Positions 22,614 through 35,747 of a stretch of DNA of 64,000 bases are shown here, in pieces. The position numbers were made by a program, and so were the translations under genes. Source of the stretch: Sminthopsis crassicaudata (taxonomy: Eukaryota); NCBI RefSeq assembly GCF_048593235.1, contig NC_133617.1, positions 18,977,607 through 19,041,606 of the forward strand, written 5' to 3'. Each line of letters begins with the position of its first letter. Within the stretch, counting starts at the first letter, position 1. The notes beneath the pieces are model-generated. The model was given only the letters and a program-made list of their open reading frames with translations. It did no database searches and was not told the origin of the DNA.

Positions 22614-25600
22614 GTAAGCATTAAGTTCTATAGGCTAGCAGCTCCTTCTTTCTTTTTAAGACTTGCCAGATCTCTTGGCCCTAAGCTTAAGACCAATAGA
22701 ATTCTAGTTCCCACAATTTCTGGATGTCGAGGAGAGGGATGTCCATCTAATCACTTTTTAAAAGTTTGCCCAACTCCATTTTTTTTTTTTTTTTTTTTTT
22801 TTTTGCATTTTCTCTAATGTAGGATAGGCTTGATACAAATTCTTCTTTTCTGGGAAATAAAATATTTTCATGACATCAGAACGTGTAGGTCTATTAAAGT
22901 GATGATCCCAAGACTTAATCCACAATCCTATGGAATACTGGAAACACTGGTGACCAGTCAGAAAGCCTGGATTCTAGGGCTTCTTTGCAGTGTGGTATTG
23001 ACTGTTCTGGTTCTGCTAACTTCATTCCGCATGGGTCCATAAAGTCTTTCTGTTTCCCATTTGTTATTTCATATACCACAGTGGTTTGTTCAGCTGCTGC
23101 CCGTGAAGGAGCACAAGATCTAGTTTGGTACAGAGAAATCTTTGCCTCTTTCTTCAGTCTCTCCTGGGGGCATGTGCAGTACTTGTCTCCCTGGGTCAGA
23201 GCACGTGCAGTTCCTGTCTTTAAAAGCTCAGTCCCAATGCCAACTTCTGTGCAAGACCTCTCCAGATTTTCCTGATTACTAGAGTCCCCCTTATCCTGTC
23301 CCCATTTTTCTTCAATAACAAGGAGATGGGTTCTAAGCTCCTTCCCAGCTCCAACATTCCCTATCCCAAGCTCCTTTCCAGCCCCTGATAGTCTGTGTTC
23401 TAAGGCCCTTCCCAGGTTCTCAGACCTCTCCCAGCTGACACATTAACCTGTGCTTCTCTCTTGGTCTTCCCTCTGAGAGTACACATACCCTAGTTCTCTG
23501 ACCATTCCTCAAGGGCTCATCTTTATTTTTGAAATCATGTGACTTACCCTTCCCCTTCGCCTTCCTTTGCTGGGACCTGTACAAATCCCAGCCCCTTCAG
23601 AGTAACAGGGTTTTTTTAAACTCGGCTATCACAGCAGACCCTCCACCTTCTCCTTTGTTTGCACAGTGGTGGATGGCACTGCCAGCTTCTCCAGGTTTCG
23701 GTCTTGCTGCTTATTAAGTGACAAATGAATAGGAGCTTTCCTTTGAAGGCCTGGCCTGTTTGAGGAGTGGCCAGTGGGTGGCTGCCTAGGTCGGAGGTCA
23801 CAATCTGCCCCTCAGAGGCTCTTCTTTCCTACTCTTTATTCCTTATTCAGTTCAGCTTTACATGTTTCACCAGAGAACAGTAAATAGTAAAAAAAACTTG
23901 CATTTCTATAGCACTTTAAGTTTTGAAAAAGCGCTTCAGAAATATTTAATTCTTAGCCTGACTTTGGAATGTAGCCCCTATTATTATTATTCCCATTCGA
24001 CAGTGGGGGAAACCAAGGCAAACAAACAGGCTTGGTGGCTGGCCCAAAGACACACACAGCTAGGAAGCTTCTGAGCCTGGATTTGAGTTCAGACCCAAGG
24101 CTGCCTAAAGTAGAACATTCACTCCTTGAGGGTAGGGGCACCAAGCAGAGTCCCCTTGGCCTACAGCAGGTGTTTAATTAGTTATAGCAAGTGAACTTGA
24201 ACTGAAATGGATCAAGAGAATGGATAGGCTCTTTGGCTCCGGTGGTCGGTTCTGCTCAACCCTTCACATGGACAAAGTCCCGTCCTGATAAAATGCAGAC
24301 ACAGAGAATTGGGGGGGGGGGTTACTTGAGGCACCGCAGGTGCTTGGGGCTGCACGGAGTGGAGGGGAAGAGGCTGGCGCCCAAGGGAGGCGAGGGGGAC
24401 GTCGGGTGCCTGTTTGGCTGGCTGCACGTGCAAGGGAAAAGGTGCAAGTCTTACTTCCAGCGGGCCTTCGTCGCTCTCTTCTCCCCGAGTTAGGCGTTCA
24501 TTCTGAGCTGAGCCAGAGGAGAGCAGCTGACAGACATGAATTCTTAAACTTAATGACTGAGTTTTCTTTCGATAGACGATCTTGCCAGAGTTCGAGTGTT
24601 TGGCAAATGGCACAAGATCCCAAGGAAACAAACCACTTATGGGGACCCGGGGTTAACCTACACCTTCTCAGGCCTCACCTTATCTCCAAAGCCCTGGATC
24701 CCAGTCCTGGAGCACATTCGAGACCGTGTGGCTGCTGTGACTGGACATGCCTTCAATTTTGTGCTGGTCAACAGGTAACAGTGGGAAATGTCAGGTGTTT
24801 TAAGAAACGTGGCTAAGGAGTAGCTAGATGGCTCAATGGATAGAGCACTGACCTTGAAGTCAGGAGGACCCTGAGTTCAAATACAGCCTCATATACTTAA
24901 TAGACACTTCCTAGTTCTATGACCCTAGGCAAGTCATTTAAACCAGCTGCCTCACCAAAAAAACCAAACAGAAAAATGGAGTGGTGCAGTATTCTGAGGA
25001 TCGTCCATTGGCTTTCTTTCCAGTTGGCTTCAAGGCCAGTAGAAGAAACTGATGACACTAGGACCACTTCTAGTTTATGTAGTGAAAAACACTTAAAATA
25101 GGGCCTTGCATAGCATCTGCATTTGTTGAACTGGATGGAGACAAGGCCATTTCCCTTGTCTCTTTCACCGATTATCTCCAGTGATCCCGGCTTTACTTGA
25201 TTGTTCAGAGTTGTTGACTTGGGATCAAGCTGTGAGTTTCGGGAGGGCAGGAACCATCTTGCCCCTTCCTTTGATCTCCAGCCCTTGGTCCAGTGCCCAG
25301 CTAATAGGTGCTTAATAAATGGTTACCCACTGAGAACAAGCCAGGTGAAAGTCTTCAATAGCCTCAGACTGGGCTTTCCTGAGCTTAAATTTCTTAACTC
25401 TATAAAATTTGGGCAGGCTAATTTCTAAGGCCCTTCCAGCCCTAAACAACTGAACTTTAGAAAGCAGTTCAAATGGAGATATCATGCTTTTTGCCAATGA
25501 ACTCTAAAAATTCTAGCAGTAGGCAGAATCAAGAAAGATCCACATTCTTCTGATTTGGCTATTTCTGGAACTAAGGAAATCCCTGAGCCTTCCCCAGAAG

Positions 25601-26151
25601 ATTCAGAATCATCATATGGAGGGTCTGTTGAGGACGTTCAGTCTTTCTCCCCAGCCCGGCTCATATCAAGGTCTAGAAGTCTTTGCCACTGGGCAGTAAT
25701 AAGCAGGGCCCTGGACCCCAGGTCTTGACTCCAAAGTCCAAGGGCACTTTGCTCTCACTTCTAAGCCACACTAAGGAAGGGCTGAGACGTTCCTGGAGGT
25801 TAGGATTACACAGAAAAAACAGGCAGAATGTTTTCCCCTTGCAGGTACAAAGATGGCTGCGATCACATTGGTGAACACCGAGATGACGAGAGTGAGCTGG
25901 CTCCCAGGAGCCCCATCGCCTCCGTATCCTTTGGAGCCTGCCGGGACTTCTTATTTCGCCACAGAGATTCCCGAGGGAAAGAGGCCTCCCGGCGTGTTGA
26001 TATGGTGAAGATTCAGCTGGCCCATGGGAGCTTACTGATGATGAACTACCCAACCAATGTCCACTGGTATCACAGTCTCCCTGTCAGAAAAAGGATTCTG
26101 GCTCCACGAGTCAATCTGACATTTCGTAACATTCTCCTCTCTAAAAGATAA
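22337..26151 (+). CDS. ALKBH2: Alpha-ketoglutarate-dependent DNA demethylase AlkB homolog 2, 260 aa: join(22337-22613,24576-24774,25845-26151)
   Basis: 783 nt in frame, GT-AG junctions. N-terminal APIM motif RFLVK, basic RKKRPRR, Fe(II) ligands HRD...H (HIGEHRDD; WYHSL) and 2OG-binding RVNLTFR. Confidence 0.97.
24576..24774 (+). CDS. ALKBH2: ALKBH2 second coding exon (DLARVRVFGKWHKIPRKQ...FNFVLVNR)
   Basis: TAG|AC ... AG|GTAACA, 199 nt. Confidence 0.96.
24817..24964 (+). mobile_element. Older CORE-SINE in ALKBH2 intron
   Basis: TAGCTAGATGGC...GGATAGAGCAC...GAGTTCAAAT...CCCTAGGCAAGTCATTTAA plus A-rich tail. Confidence 0.75.
25845..26151 (+). CDS. ALKBH2: ALKBH2 last coding exon (YKDGCDHIGEHRDDE...RNILLSKR*)
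   Basis: CAG|GTAC acceptor, 307 nt to TAA. Confidence 0.97.
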
Positions 26152-26422
26152 ATGCTTTTCTTAATTCTCATTAAGCCTTGTTTTTTTTTTTTTTTTTGGA
26201 CAGAAAGTCAATTTTCCTTGGGTTCTCTGTCAAGGAGGGGCTATAACTGGCACTTCAGACAGTAAACAGCATTTGAAACAAAGCACAGTAGTCACATAGA
26301 ACGAAAGCTTTAAGGAGGATGAAATAGCACATGTTGATTTATTAAAGAACTGCCTTACATACTTTCATTTGTCTTTGCAATGAAACAGGAAGCTGCAAAA
26401 CCACTGCCAGCTTACCTTTTCT

Positions 26423-26428
26423 AATAAA
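26423..26428 (+). terminator. ALKBH2: Probable ALKBH2 poly(A) signal AATAAA
   Basis: First plus-strand AATAAA after the stop codon (an ATTAAA lies at 26341), with downstream GTGTTTTGT. Confidence 0.6.
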
Positions 26429-26435
26429 ATGAATC

Positions 26436-26522
26436 TTTATTGCCATAATCCACACAGCAGGTACAAACAGATGTTCTCAGCAGATCCACAAAACCAGTGT
26501 TTTGTACTGTAAACTATTTATT
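26436..26522 (-). terminator. USP30: USP30 poly(A) signal candidates (AATAAA at 26517-26522 and 26436-26441 on minus)
   Basis: Two minus-strand AATAAA hexamers, each followed by GU/U-rich sequence, about 1.8 kb downstream of the USP30 stop. Confidence 0.55.
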
Positions 26523-28291
26523 TAATTTAAAATCTTTGCCATAAGGAATTAAGTTAATTATTTCCCCCAACTTCAAAATCAGCCCTCTGGCTTTGATGTG
26601 ATAACTGCTAAGACATTAGAGAATTGTCAGCTTTTACAAAACACAGTTAAAGGTTTTTCTCTGCCAACGTTTTTCACCGTTATCTACCATGTCCTGAGCC
26701 TCCCTTCTGACCTGCAGAGAAATGCTCTGTAAAAACCTCCACATTCCCGTCTCACTGAGGTACTTTTCCAAAGGAATTTCAGCAGATGCTAACTTAAGAA
26801 CACAATTTAAATCTGTCTGGGCTCTTGCTTCCCTGGCCTGGAGCAAAGCAGATCATTGTTAAAACCACCTGAGGTGAAGGAATGAGCTGAGCAAACCCAC
26901 AGCTGGACCCCTCACAAAAGTGCCCCAAATCAGGCCTGTGGGCCTCTGCCCTGGCACTCAGGGCAGCCTCGCTCTGTGGAGCCACGCCAGGGAAGAAGGC
27001 CTCACCTGGAAGTTCTTGGACAACTGCACAGTCTTGGGCAGAAAGATTGGCAGAAGCAAGTTTGGGCCTTACCTTGAGAGGCCTTCTGGGTGGGATCTGG
27101 CCCAAGTCCTACCTCCGGAGAATTTGTAGTTTTAGTGCAGACATAATTCTCATTTTATTTATTTTTAAAAACTTTCACTAAACATAGGCAAGCCTTGGGC
27201 AGCTAACAAATTTTTCAGCCTTACAGTGCCTGGACTTAAGAACTGAAAAGAGTCAATAAGAACATGATTAAATTTACTACATACTTTCACTCTGTGCCTA
27301 ATAAATATCTATTATAATAATCTGATGAGTAAGATGTGCATAAGAACATGTGGGGAATGAGTTCAGAACGTAGACATATGGCTGAGGACACAGTGTTGGG
27401 GGGGTAAAGGCGACTTTGGAGCAGGGTGAGACCAGCCTGAATTAGCCTCCCTGGTGACCCAGCTTCTAGCGTCCATGCCGGGCCTGCCCCTGTCTCCGAC
27501 CCACAATGCCCTGTGCTGGGTCAGGGCCTAGGATGAGCCGACCAGAGCAGCACACCCAGAAGGGACAGACACAAGGAAACCTTCTCGTTACAAAGGACAA
27601 AGCAGGTAGCATGGGCCAGGTCCTCTTCCAATGTAGAACAACCTGACCTGTGGACGTACAAAAGTGGGGGCTGCACTGGTTCCTCCACTAAGGAAAAAAG
27701 GAGCTATTGCCTTTCAAAAAAGTCTTTCTCAGCCTCACTGAGCGGCATGGATTTTGGACGTGACCCATTACAAAAGCGACTGGCTGGACCGTAATCATTT
27801 AACAAGGGAAAGGCACTTCTTTTAAATTGCTGCCTTTAATAACTATGGAAATTCTCACTCACAGCTTCTACAGGCCTGCTTTTTAAATAGAGAAATCTGA
27901 TTTGAAATTTTTTTTTAGAATTAGGCAAAGTGAATCTCCTCTTACAACTTGCAACGTACACATCCAAAGTGGCTTCGGACGTCTAGAACTCTGCAGGCCC
28001 CAGTGTCAGAGAGGGCTGAAGACGTCTTGCATACATCACGGATGCTTTCTAACACCACAGCACTCCCAAGGGCCCGCCATTATCAGACTTGTTTCCAGTA
28101 GCTTGGTTTGGGCATGGATCAGGAGATGACAGCTCCAAGAGAGCTCTCCATCACCACCGCACCGGAATGTCGAAGAACTGGAGTCAGGCTATTTTCATAA
28201 TGTATACAGAGAAAAAATTAGGGTTTTTGTTTTTTGTTTTTGTTTTTTTCTGAACCGTTCTGAGCACTCTTGCTAAGCCTGGCTCTCAGTT

Positions 28292-28559
28292 TCACTCTTC
28301 GGACTTGTATTCCTGGCTTTGGTGTTGCTGGGCTTTCGAAAGGACCCGCTCATAAAAGAGCAGATAAGCGCTTGAAGACAAAACTTCCTGCAAACTCGCC
28401 TTTCGAACGGTGTCATCTGAGATCCATAACCACTGGCTGCTGGTAGACAGAGGGTTCTTAGCAGAAGGAGGGGAACGTCGATAAGTCACAAAGTGACCAG
28501 AATGCATGTCTCCATGATGGACCACAACAGCCATCAGCCTGAAGAGGTACACAGAAGAG
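28292..28559 (-). CDS. USP30: USP30 exon 13 (His box; ...QEYKSEE*)
   Basis: CAG|C acceptor, 268 nt to TGA. Confidence 0.97.
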
Positions 28560-31500
28560 CTGAAGGCCAAGTAAACAAGAGAGTCGTCAGCATTTAACGT
28601 TCAGTAAACACATTAAGGGAAATCACAGGACTACAGCATTTTGAAGTAAAAGGGACATAGTGCCATTTTCAGATGAAGAAATGGAATCCTAGAGTGGTCA
28701 GTTTTAAGTTGTCTAGGACACAAAAGCAGGAAAGAGTCTGGAGTCTGACAACAGGGCTGACCCTAGCTTGTCTGACACCAGTGAATACAATTTTGCACAT
28801 GAAATCCATCTTAAATCTAAGGGAGAACTAAATTTCTCTTTGGATCCTCCGGAACAAATATATTTGGAAATGCTAATTTGCTCTTAGAAATAATCAGGGT
28901 TAATAAGCATTTATTACAAACCAAATGCTAGGGATATAAAGACAAAAAATGAACAAGATTGGGAGAATTCCCAGTAGCCTAGGATGCACACAACGAATGG
29001 ACTGGCAGCCACTTACCTATAGTCAGGAACACCTGGGAGAGAGAAAGCGCCTGTGGTTGGCAGCAGTGTTGGTGAGGAGCAAGCCCCATTGATGAAAAGT
29101 GCTTTGGTCCTGCTGGGCTGAGCAGAAGCTGCAAGAGAAGGGGGTTTTGGGCAATTTGAGGCAGCAGTGTCCTAAGCAACACAACCACATGCAGGGTCAT
29201 CAGCATCTAAACATTCCGCCAAGAGGAAGGGATCACAGTGACTATTTTGGGTAAATGGCGAGCACACTGGTAGGGGTGCCAGAGCTGCAGTGGCAAATAA
29301 GGAGTGCTATCAATCACATCAAGGTTATCCTTAAGACCCTGAGAGCAAGTCCATCCTGGGAACACGACCTGGACCTGCCACCCTGCATGTGCCTAGGAAG
29401 GGAGAGCTGGCATTATAGCGCTATGTTCAGGCTAGAGTAATTCAGAATACGATGAGGCCTGGGAAATCTACTCGGTCTGTACTCTGAATTACCCAAACTA
29501 AAAAAGTTCTAGATCATTCCTTATGTTGATGGTAGGGAATATTAAGTAGGAACTAATTTCTGTATGCCTTCTGAGAAGCTGGGCAAGAAAACAAGTCTTA
29601 ATAGGAAAAGGATTCCTGAAAGCAAGGAGACTGAAATATCTGAGTCAAAGGGGCAGAACCTCTCTAAGAAGGGCTACAGCTATAACCTGCAAAGGAGAAA
29701 GGAGAACTCATGTAGGTGTTAGGCTAGGGCTGAGTCCCCAGATCTGGGTAGAAAAATATCTACCCAGGAGAAAATGAGGAAAGCCATAACCTTGTAAAGA
29801 GAATTTCCCCAACTGGGACACCCAGTTCCTACTCCGAGGCAGGGAAGTACTTTGCTCAGTTGTTTTTTGTTTTTAATTGATCTACAAGGATCTATGAGAT
29901 AAACTGTAGAGAAGCCAGAGAAAAGATGGTGAGGAGAAATTTCTTATGAGAACTGTCTCAAAACTTAATTTAGGAAAAAGCATCATAAAAGAAATTATAT
30001 AAAGAATAATCCTAGAGAAAGGGTATAAAAGGGATAGTTTGAGAGAAGATGAAGAAATTATTATCCTTGATGGCCAATGAGAAAGAACAAAGACTAATGT
30101 AAATTTAGGGAATAAGTTAACTCATTTTGAGGTGAAATAAGAATAGAATTACCTAGACATTTTACTTGGGATCTAGATTGAAGTGAAGAGTGAAATTGTG
30201 TTTCTAAAAGAAGAAAAGTTCTCTGCTACTCTGGTTGGGATCCTTTGCAATGCCAAAATGTTTTAAAGAATTATCCATGGAGGGCAGCTAGGTGGCACAG
30301 TTGGATAGAGCACCAGCCTTGAATTCAGGAGGACCCGAGTTCCAATCTGGTCTCAGACACTTAACACTTCCTAGCTGTGTGACCCTGGGCAAGTCACTTA
30401 ACCCCAGCCTCAGGAAAAAAAAAGAAAAAGAAAAGAATTATCCATGACTGATTTAGTTTATTAATAAAATTATATATTTGGTAATCTGAATATTTAATCA
30501 TAAGAGATTAATGTATTCAGCACATTTTGTTGTTTAGTTGGTTCATTGTTCAGTCTTGTTTGACTCCTCATGCCCCAAATTGAAGTTTTCTTAGCAAAGA
30601 TACTGGAGCAGTTTGTGATTTTCTTTTCCGGCTCATTTTTTAGAGATGAAGAACTGAGGCAAACAGAGATAAATGACTGAGCTAGGGTTACACAGCTAAC
30701 AAATGTACGAGTCTGGATTTGAACTCATGAACGTGAGCCTTCCTGAGTCCCAAGTGCTATCCACTATAGCATCCCTTAGCTGCCCCATTCGATATATTTA
30801 GAGATAAGAATAACTACTATTGGAAAAGGAATTTCTTCATTCAATAAATAATACTAAATGAACTAAATGAACCAAATATTTAATGAGAAAAGGACTGCAG
30901 GTTTAATTATTTATTCCAGAACTTGGGATGATATGATCATTATATATATTAAATATTAGGAACACATGTAGAAGAGGCTGAGAAGTGACTCATAACTGAG
31001 TCAGATCCCAATAGTTTTTGCTATATAAGTATATACAGAAGAGAATATAAATACATACAAGGTAGCTGAGGAAGACAGTAACAATTTGGGACAGCAGGAA
31101 AAGTTTTATGTCTAAGGGGGTCCTTGAGCTGTAGTAGTGAAGAGTAGTGATGGTAGGAGGAAGTAAATTTCAGGCAGGAGAAGCCAGCCCAAAGGCCCTG
31201 GACCAGGAGATGGGGCACCCAGGGTGGGGGGCTAAGTTGTAAGTGCTTTCAAAGCTAATCAGAGACCCTTCTAGATGCACCCAGAGGCAATATGAAGCCA
31301 GTGGAGTTGAGGAAGTAAGAGAATGACCGGTCAGATCTGTGCTTAAAGAAAATGGAGTAAGTGAGGAAAGTCTTCAGGCAGGGAGCCTGTGGGAGGTCAC
31401 AGCAGTTTTGACACTGGCTGGATGAGTCAAGAGTTGGGCTCAGAAGGAAGAGCTGTGGGAGTAGGGAACGGCAGGATCTGACACCTGCTTGGATTCATGG

Positions 31501-34500
31501 GATGAGGGAGAGCCACTGATGAATGACAAGGAGCTTTTAACAACAGAAGTAATGAGATCTCAGATCAACAGGCTGGCCTGAGGGAATGAAAGTGTGACTG
31601 GGCCTCTAACAGCAGCGGTTTGTTTTGGTAAAGGGATGGATCTGGGAAGAAAAGATAAGAGCTCCATTTTGGTCATGATGAGGGTGAGAGATCTCTGGGA
31701 CATCTGGTTTAAACATCCAGCAAGGCAAAGTACTGAAGGGAAAGCTTAATTATACACCTGAGCGTCATCTATACTTGACAGTTCAATTATTATCAAATTA
31801 AATTATTCACTTAAAAGCCCAGTGCCCCATTCACTTCTGGTGCCAGGAGCTGGGAGCTTCCACAGTAGGAGTTTCCTGGCCTGATGAAGTCACATGATCA
31901 CAAGTATTAACCAAACTCCCCCCTTTTGCACCATTCTCCAGCAATCAGTGGCCAAATCACCTAACTACGTAGAACCGAAGGGGAGCTGGGAACTCAGGTG
32001 GTCAGAAATCCTGCCTGGATTGGTCACCCTGCGCCCTCCACTTTCCTGGCAGACTTTCTGGACAATGTGACCCCACGTGTCCGCAGCCCATTGCTCTTCC
32101 TAGAATGGCCTCCAATATGGGACAAGTTCTGGTCAGGTACCTGACTTGGGGGCTGTCATCCCATCCTTCACTTCCAAGGCCGTCGCCTCTTTCAGTCTGA
32201 GATTGTGCTGGTGTGGTTTGCAGCCAGGGAGGTGATATTTATAGATGTCCATGATTAGGAATTCATTAAACTGTACATGTTCGTGACGTTTCAAAGGCGT
32301 GCCCTGGCTGGACCAGCTCAGTCTTTGCAGATGGATGCACAGACACTGAGGAAGCTGCCGGGACAAACAGAACAGAAAGAGGATAGCCCGTGAGCCTCTC
32401 CTGTACCACAGGAACATTCCTTCCCGCTCCCGTGCACCCTCTTACCTTCCCGAGCTTTAACTGTTTGACAAATGTGGTTCTCTGGTGTTCGACCACTTCC
32501 CCATTCAGGGTCCCTTCCGCCTCAATCTGAAATAAAAGATGACATTCTTACCATTGCATCTCCACAAAATTAAGGGGCGGAAGAAGAGTTGGCTCAGTGC
32601 CTCTGGACTTTGCAGTAAGTCACTCAAACTCTGAGAGTTATCTTCCTGTTTTTTAAAATTAAAGAATATTAAATTTGCCCCATCTATCTTGTGGGATTGT
32701 TGAGATATAAAAATAGATGTAAATGTATTTTATACACTGTGAACTGCTACACATAAGAGAGGGCATCTTAATTTTCTCTAATATCAGACACTGCAAATGA
32801 GGTCAAGGTTATGTTTACTCAAGTGTTCTGCTGACACTGAAGGGATCAAGTTAACTTGGGAAGTGGAGGTAAGCCCTCTGACCTCCACCTATTCTACCTG
32901 ACTGTCCCATCACTTCTTGGTTATTTCCACTAACCTCATCACCAGCTAATCAATAATCAATCACCAGGGTAGAGGGAAAGGCAAGATGAAAAATCAATTC
33001 TGTCTTGTCTGGCCAACCATCATTGTCACTGGTTACGGGTGAAAACAGAGGTAGCCAAAAGGAGCTGATGTTGAGAGAGGGACTCCATAAGGCAGGGAGA
33101 GATACCTTGGTACAATTGTCACACACAACGTCCCTGACTGATTCTGAGGAGATGAAATGATGAAGGCAGTGGTCCAGAGTCAAAGGGCGACCCTAGAGCA
33201 GGAAAAAAGAAATTCACTTTTATCATACAAAGTCATCCATTTATAAACCGACTTAGGAGATGGAACTCATAATCCCATCGTTCTGTCTTCTATAGAGACA
33301 GAAAACAGGTAAATGCAAAGGAAGTTTCCTCCCATCCGTGGAGCTCCCCCTCTTGCTGCGGACTCCCTAACCAGCCACAGATATGATCAGAGTAAAAAGG
33401 GACTGGGATTGAGCAAGTCAGAAGCTTCTCATCTCTGCTGGATGTGCTGACAGTTGGAAAACAGCAGCCAGGCAAAGCAAACTCTAGATTTCTACAGGGC
33501 CAGGTGACAATCAGGGGACCAATGGGGTATAAATCTCAGGTAGGGGAGGAAGGGAAGGGAACCATCTGCCTTGAAGGACAGGCTTAGGTCAGAATTCTTA
33601 AGAGGAGACAACTAGGTGACACAGTGGGTAGAACACCAGCCCTGGAGTCAGGAGGCCCCAAGTTAAAATCCAGCCTCAGACACTTAATAATTCCTAGTTA
33701 TGTGACCCCAAGCAAGTCACGTAACCTCAACTGCTTTGCCAAAAATAAAAATAACGATCCTTCAGAGGTCCCTCCCTTCCAAGTCTATGTTTCTACAAAT
33801 CAGAAAAAGCCAGCTCAGTACCTACCCACGTGGCAGCAGGGATACTTAGGGAAAGACTGTCAAAGGTATCGTATCTCACAGGACTCTGAAAAGAAAAAGG
33901 CAGAGATTCCATAGAGCAGAAGTTCAAGCGAAGGCCTCCCACAACACCCACCGGGAAGCTGTGCTAGAGCTTGAAGACAAGGGGGGTGGGCGCCCTAGCC
34001 TGGAGAGGCCTCCAACGTTGCATGAGTACTCACAGGGGCACAGGCCAAGCCAAGGGCCCTTGAAATTTGGGTCTGCTCAAGCCGAGGAGGAAGCATGGTG
34101 CCTGGGGAGCCACGGAGCTACAGCCAGTAGGCTCGGGCGCTTCCTAAGCTGTGCAACCTTGGGCAGAAGTTGGAGAACACGGGGGTTGGGCCAGATGACT
34201 TCTTCAGTCTCCTCTAGTCCCCTGTCTACAATCCCAGGTCTACTTATATTTGATCCAGGGCTATTTTTAAAGAACTCCACCACCCACCCAGCAGAATCTG
34301 CCAATTCATGTGTGTACAGACCTAGCCTAGACTCAAAATCCTGTCAGTTCTTAATGGTGTCTCTGTTAATGTAAAAGCAAGTGCACCAAGAGCACCGGGC
34401 ACCAAGGTGCCAGGACTGGCCACAGTGGGAGCATGAGACTGATACCGCATCTAAGCAGGCTCAGGACGAGAGGAAAGCGGCCTGGCCAAGTCCGCTAATC

Positions 34501-35713
34501 TCCTCAATACGGGGCCTGTCCCCCTCTTCCTCCCAAGAAAATGCCCAGAACTCAGGTACACATTTTCTTTACCTGGTGCTCACAGTGCTTGCAAACCATG
34601 TTACTAGTAAGTCTCCCATGGAAAGGATGCTGAGATTTCCAGGCGCTGGACATGGGGTGAAGTGCTCCTAGAACAGAAAAACATCTTTTTACCCTATAAT
34701 CCTCCTCCTCAGAAAACCCCTGCCCCTTCACTCCATGAGGAGGAGTCTGTAATGGATATCCATTTTCTCATTAATTTCCACCCCACTACTGGTATGACAT
34801 TCTTAGGTTGTTGTTTTTGTTTTTTTCCCCCCAAGACAAATCTTATTTTAAAATAAAACCTAGCTTTTTTTAATACAAGAAGAGATAATTTTAGTACCAT
34901 GAAATCAGAAAAAAAAACTTTAAAACTACTTGTTTGAAGACACCTATAAATCAATCAGCCAATAGCATTTATTAAACACCTAATGTGCACCAAGAGTGTA
35001 TGGAAACTTAAAATAATGGTGCCTCAAAATCTGAGGGGATATTCCTCTGGCTAAGGAGGACAAAGGCTCCCTTCATCCTAAATTCTTCCAAAGAAATGAT
35101 CTTGTAGGATTGTAGAACTGAGCGTCTTTGGCTTTGGGGCCTGGTTTTTTCCCCGTGGAATAAGGAGCGTCCCAGCGCCAAAGCTTCCTCTACCAATGCA
35201 CACTGGTACATTATTCTGCAACTTCCAAGATTATGGAAGGTCAGAGATGGGACTTAAATTGAGGATTTCTTCACATTAAGGGCAGTTTTCTAACATCCAA
35301 TGGCAGCTTTTCATGATTAACAGGTATTAACATTTTCTTACTTAATTATCTGTTTGGTACTTCAAAGGAAAAGTGATTTACTGAAAAGAGATGTCTGTGG
35401 TCTTTATATTTTTTGTTACAGAAATGAGTCTGATAAATAATACGTGATCTCGCCTGTATTATAAAGAACTAACTAATGGTTTTTCTTTATTATAAGTTCC
35501 TTTTGGTGGAGGATACCAACTTCCTAAAGATTTTTATTCTAGAATTCCAGTTGTCCAAAGACTCACTTAGAATTCCTGGACCTCAGGGCAGCTAGGTGGC
35601 GCAGTGGATAGAGCACCAGCCCTGAAGTCAGGAGGACTCGAGTTCAAATCTGGTCTCAGACACTTAACACTTCCTGGCTGTGTGACCCTGGGCAAGTCAC
35701 TTAACCCCAGCCT

Positions 35714-35747
<34 letters not shown>

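Noticed and set aside
29437-29492. Inverted repeat GTAATTCAGA...TCTGAATTAC as a possible pre-miRNA
   Set aside because: The stem is only about 14 bp with a large unpaired loop, and it matches no miRNA I recognise. Other short hairpins nearby suggest repeat-derived sequence.
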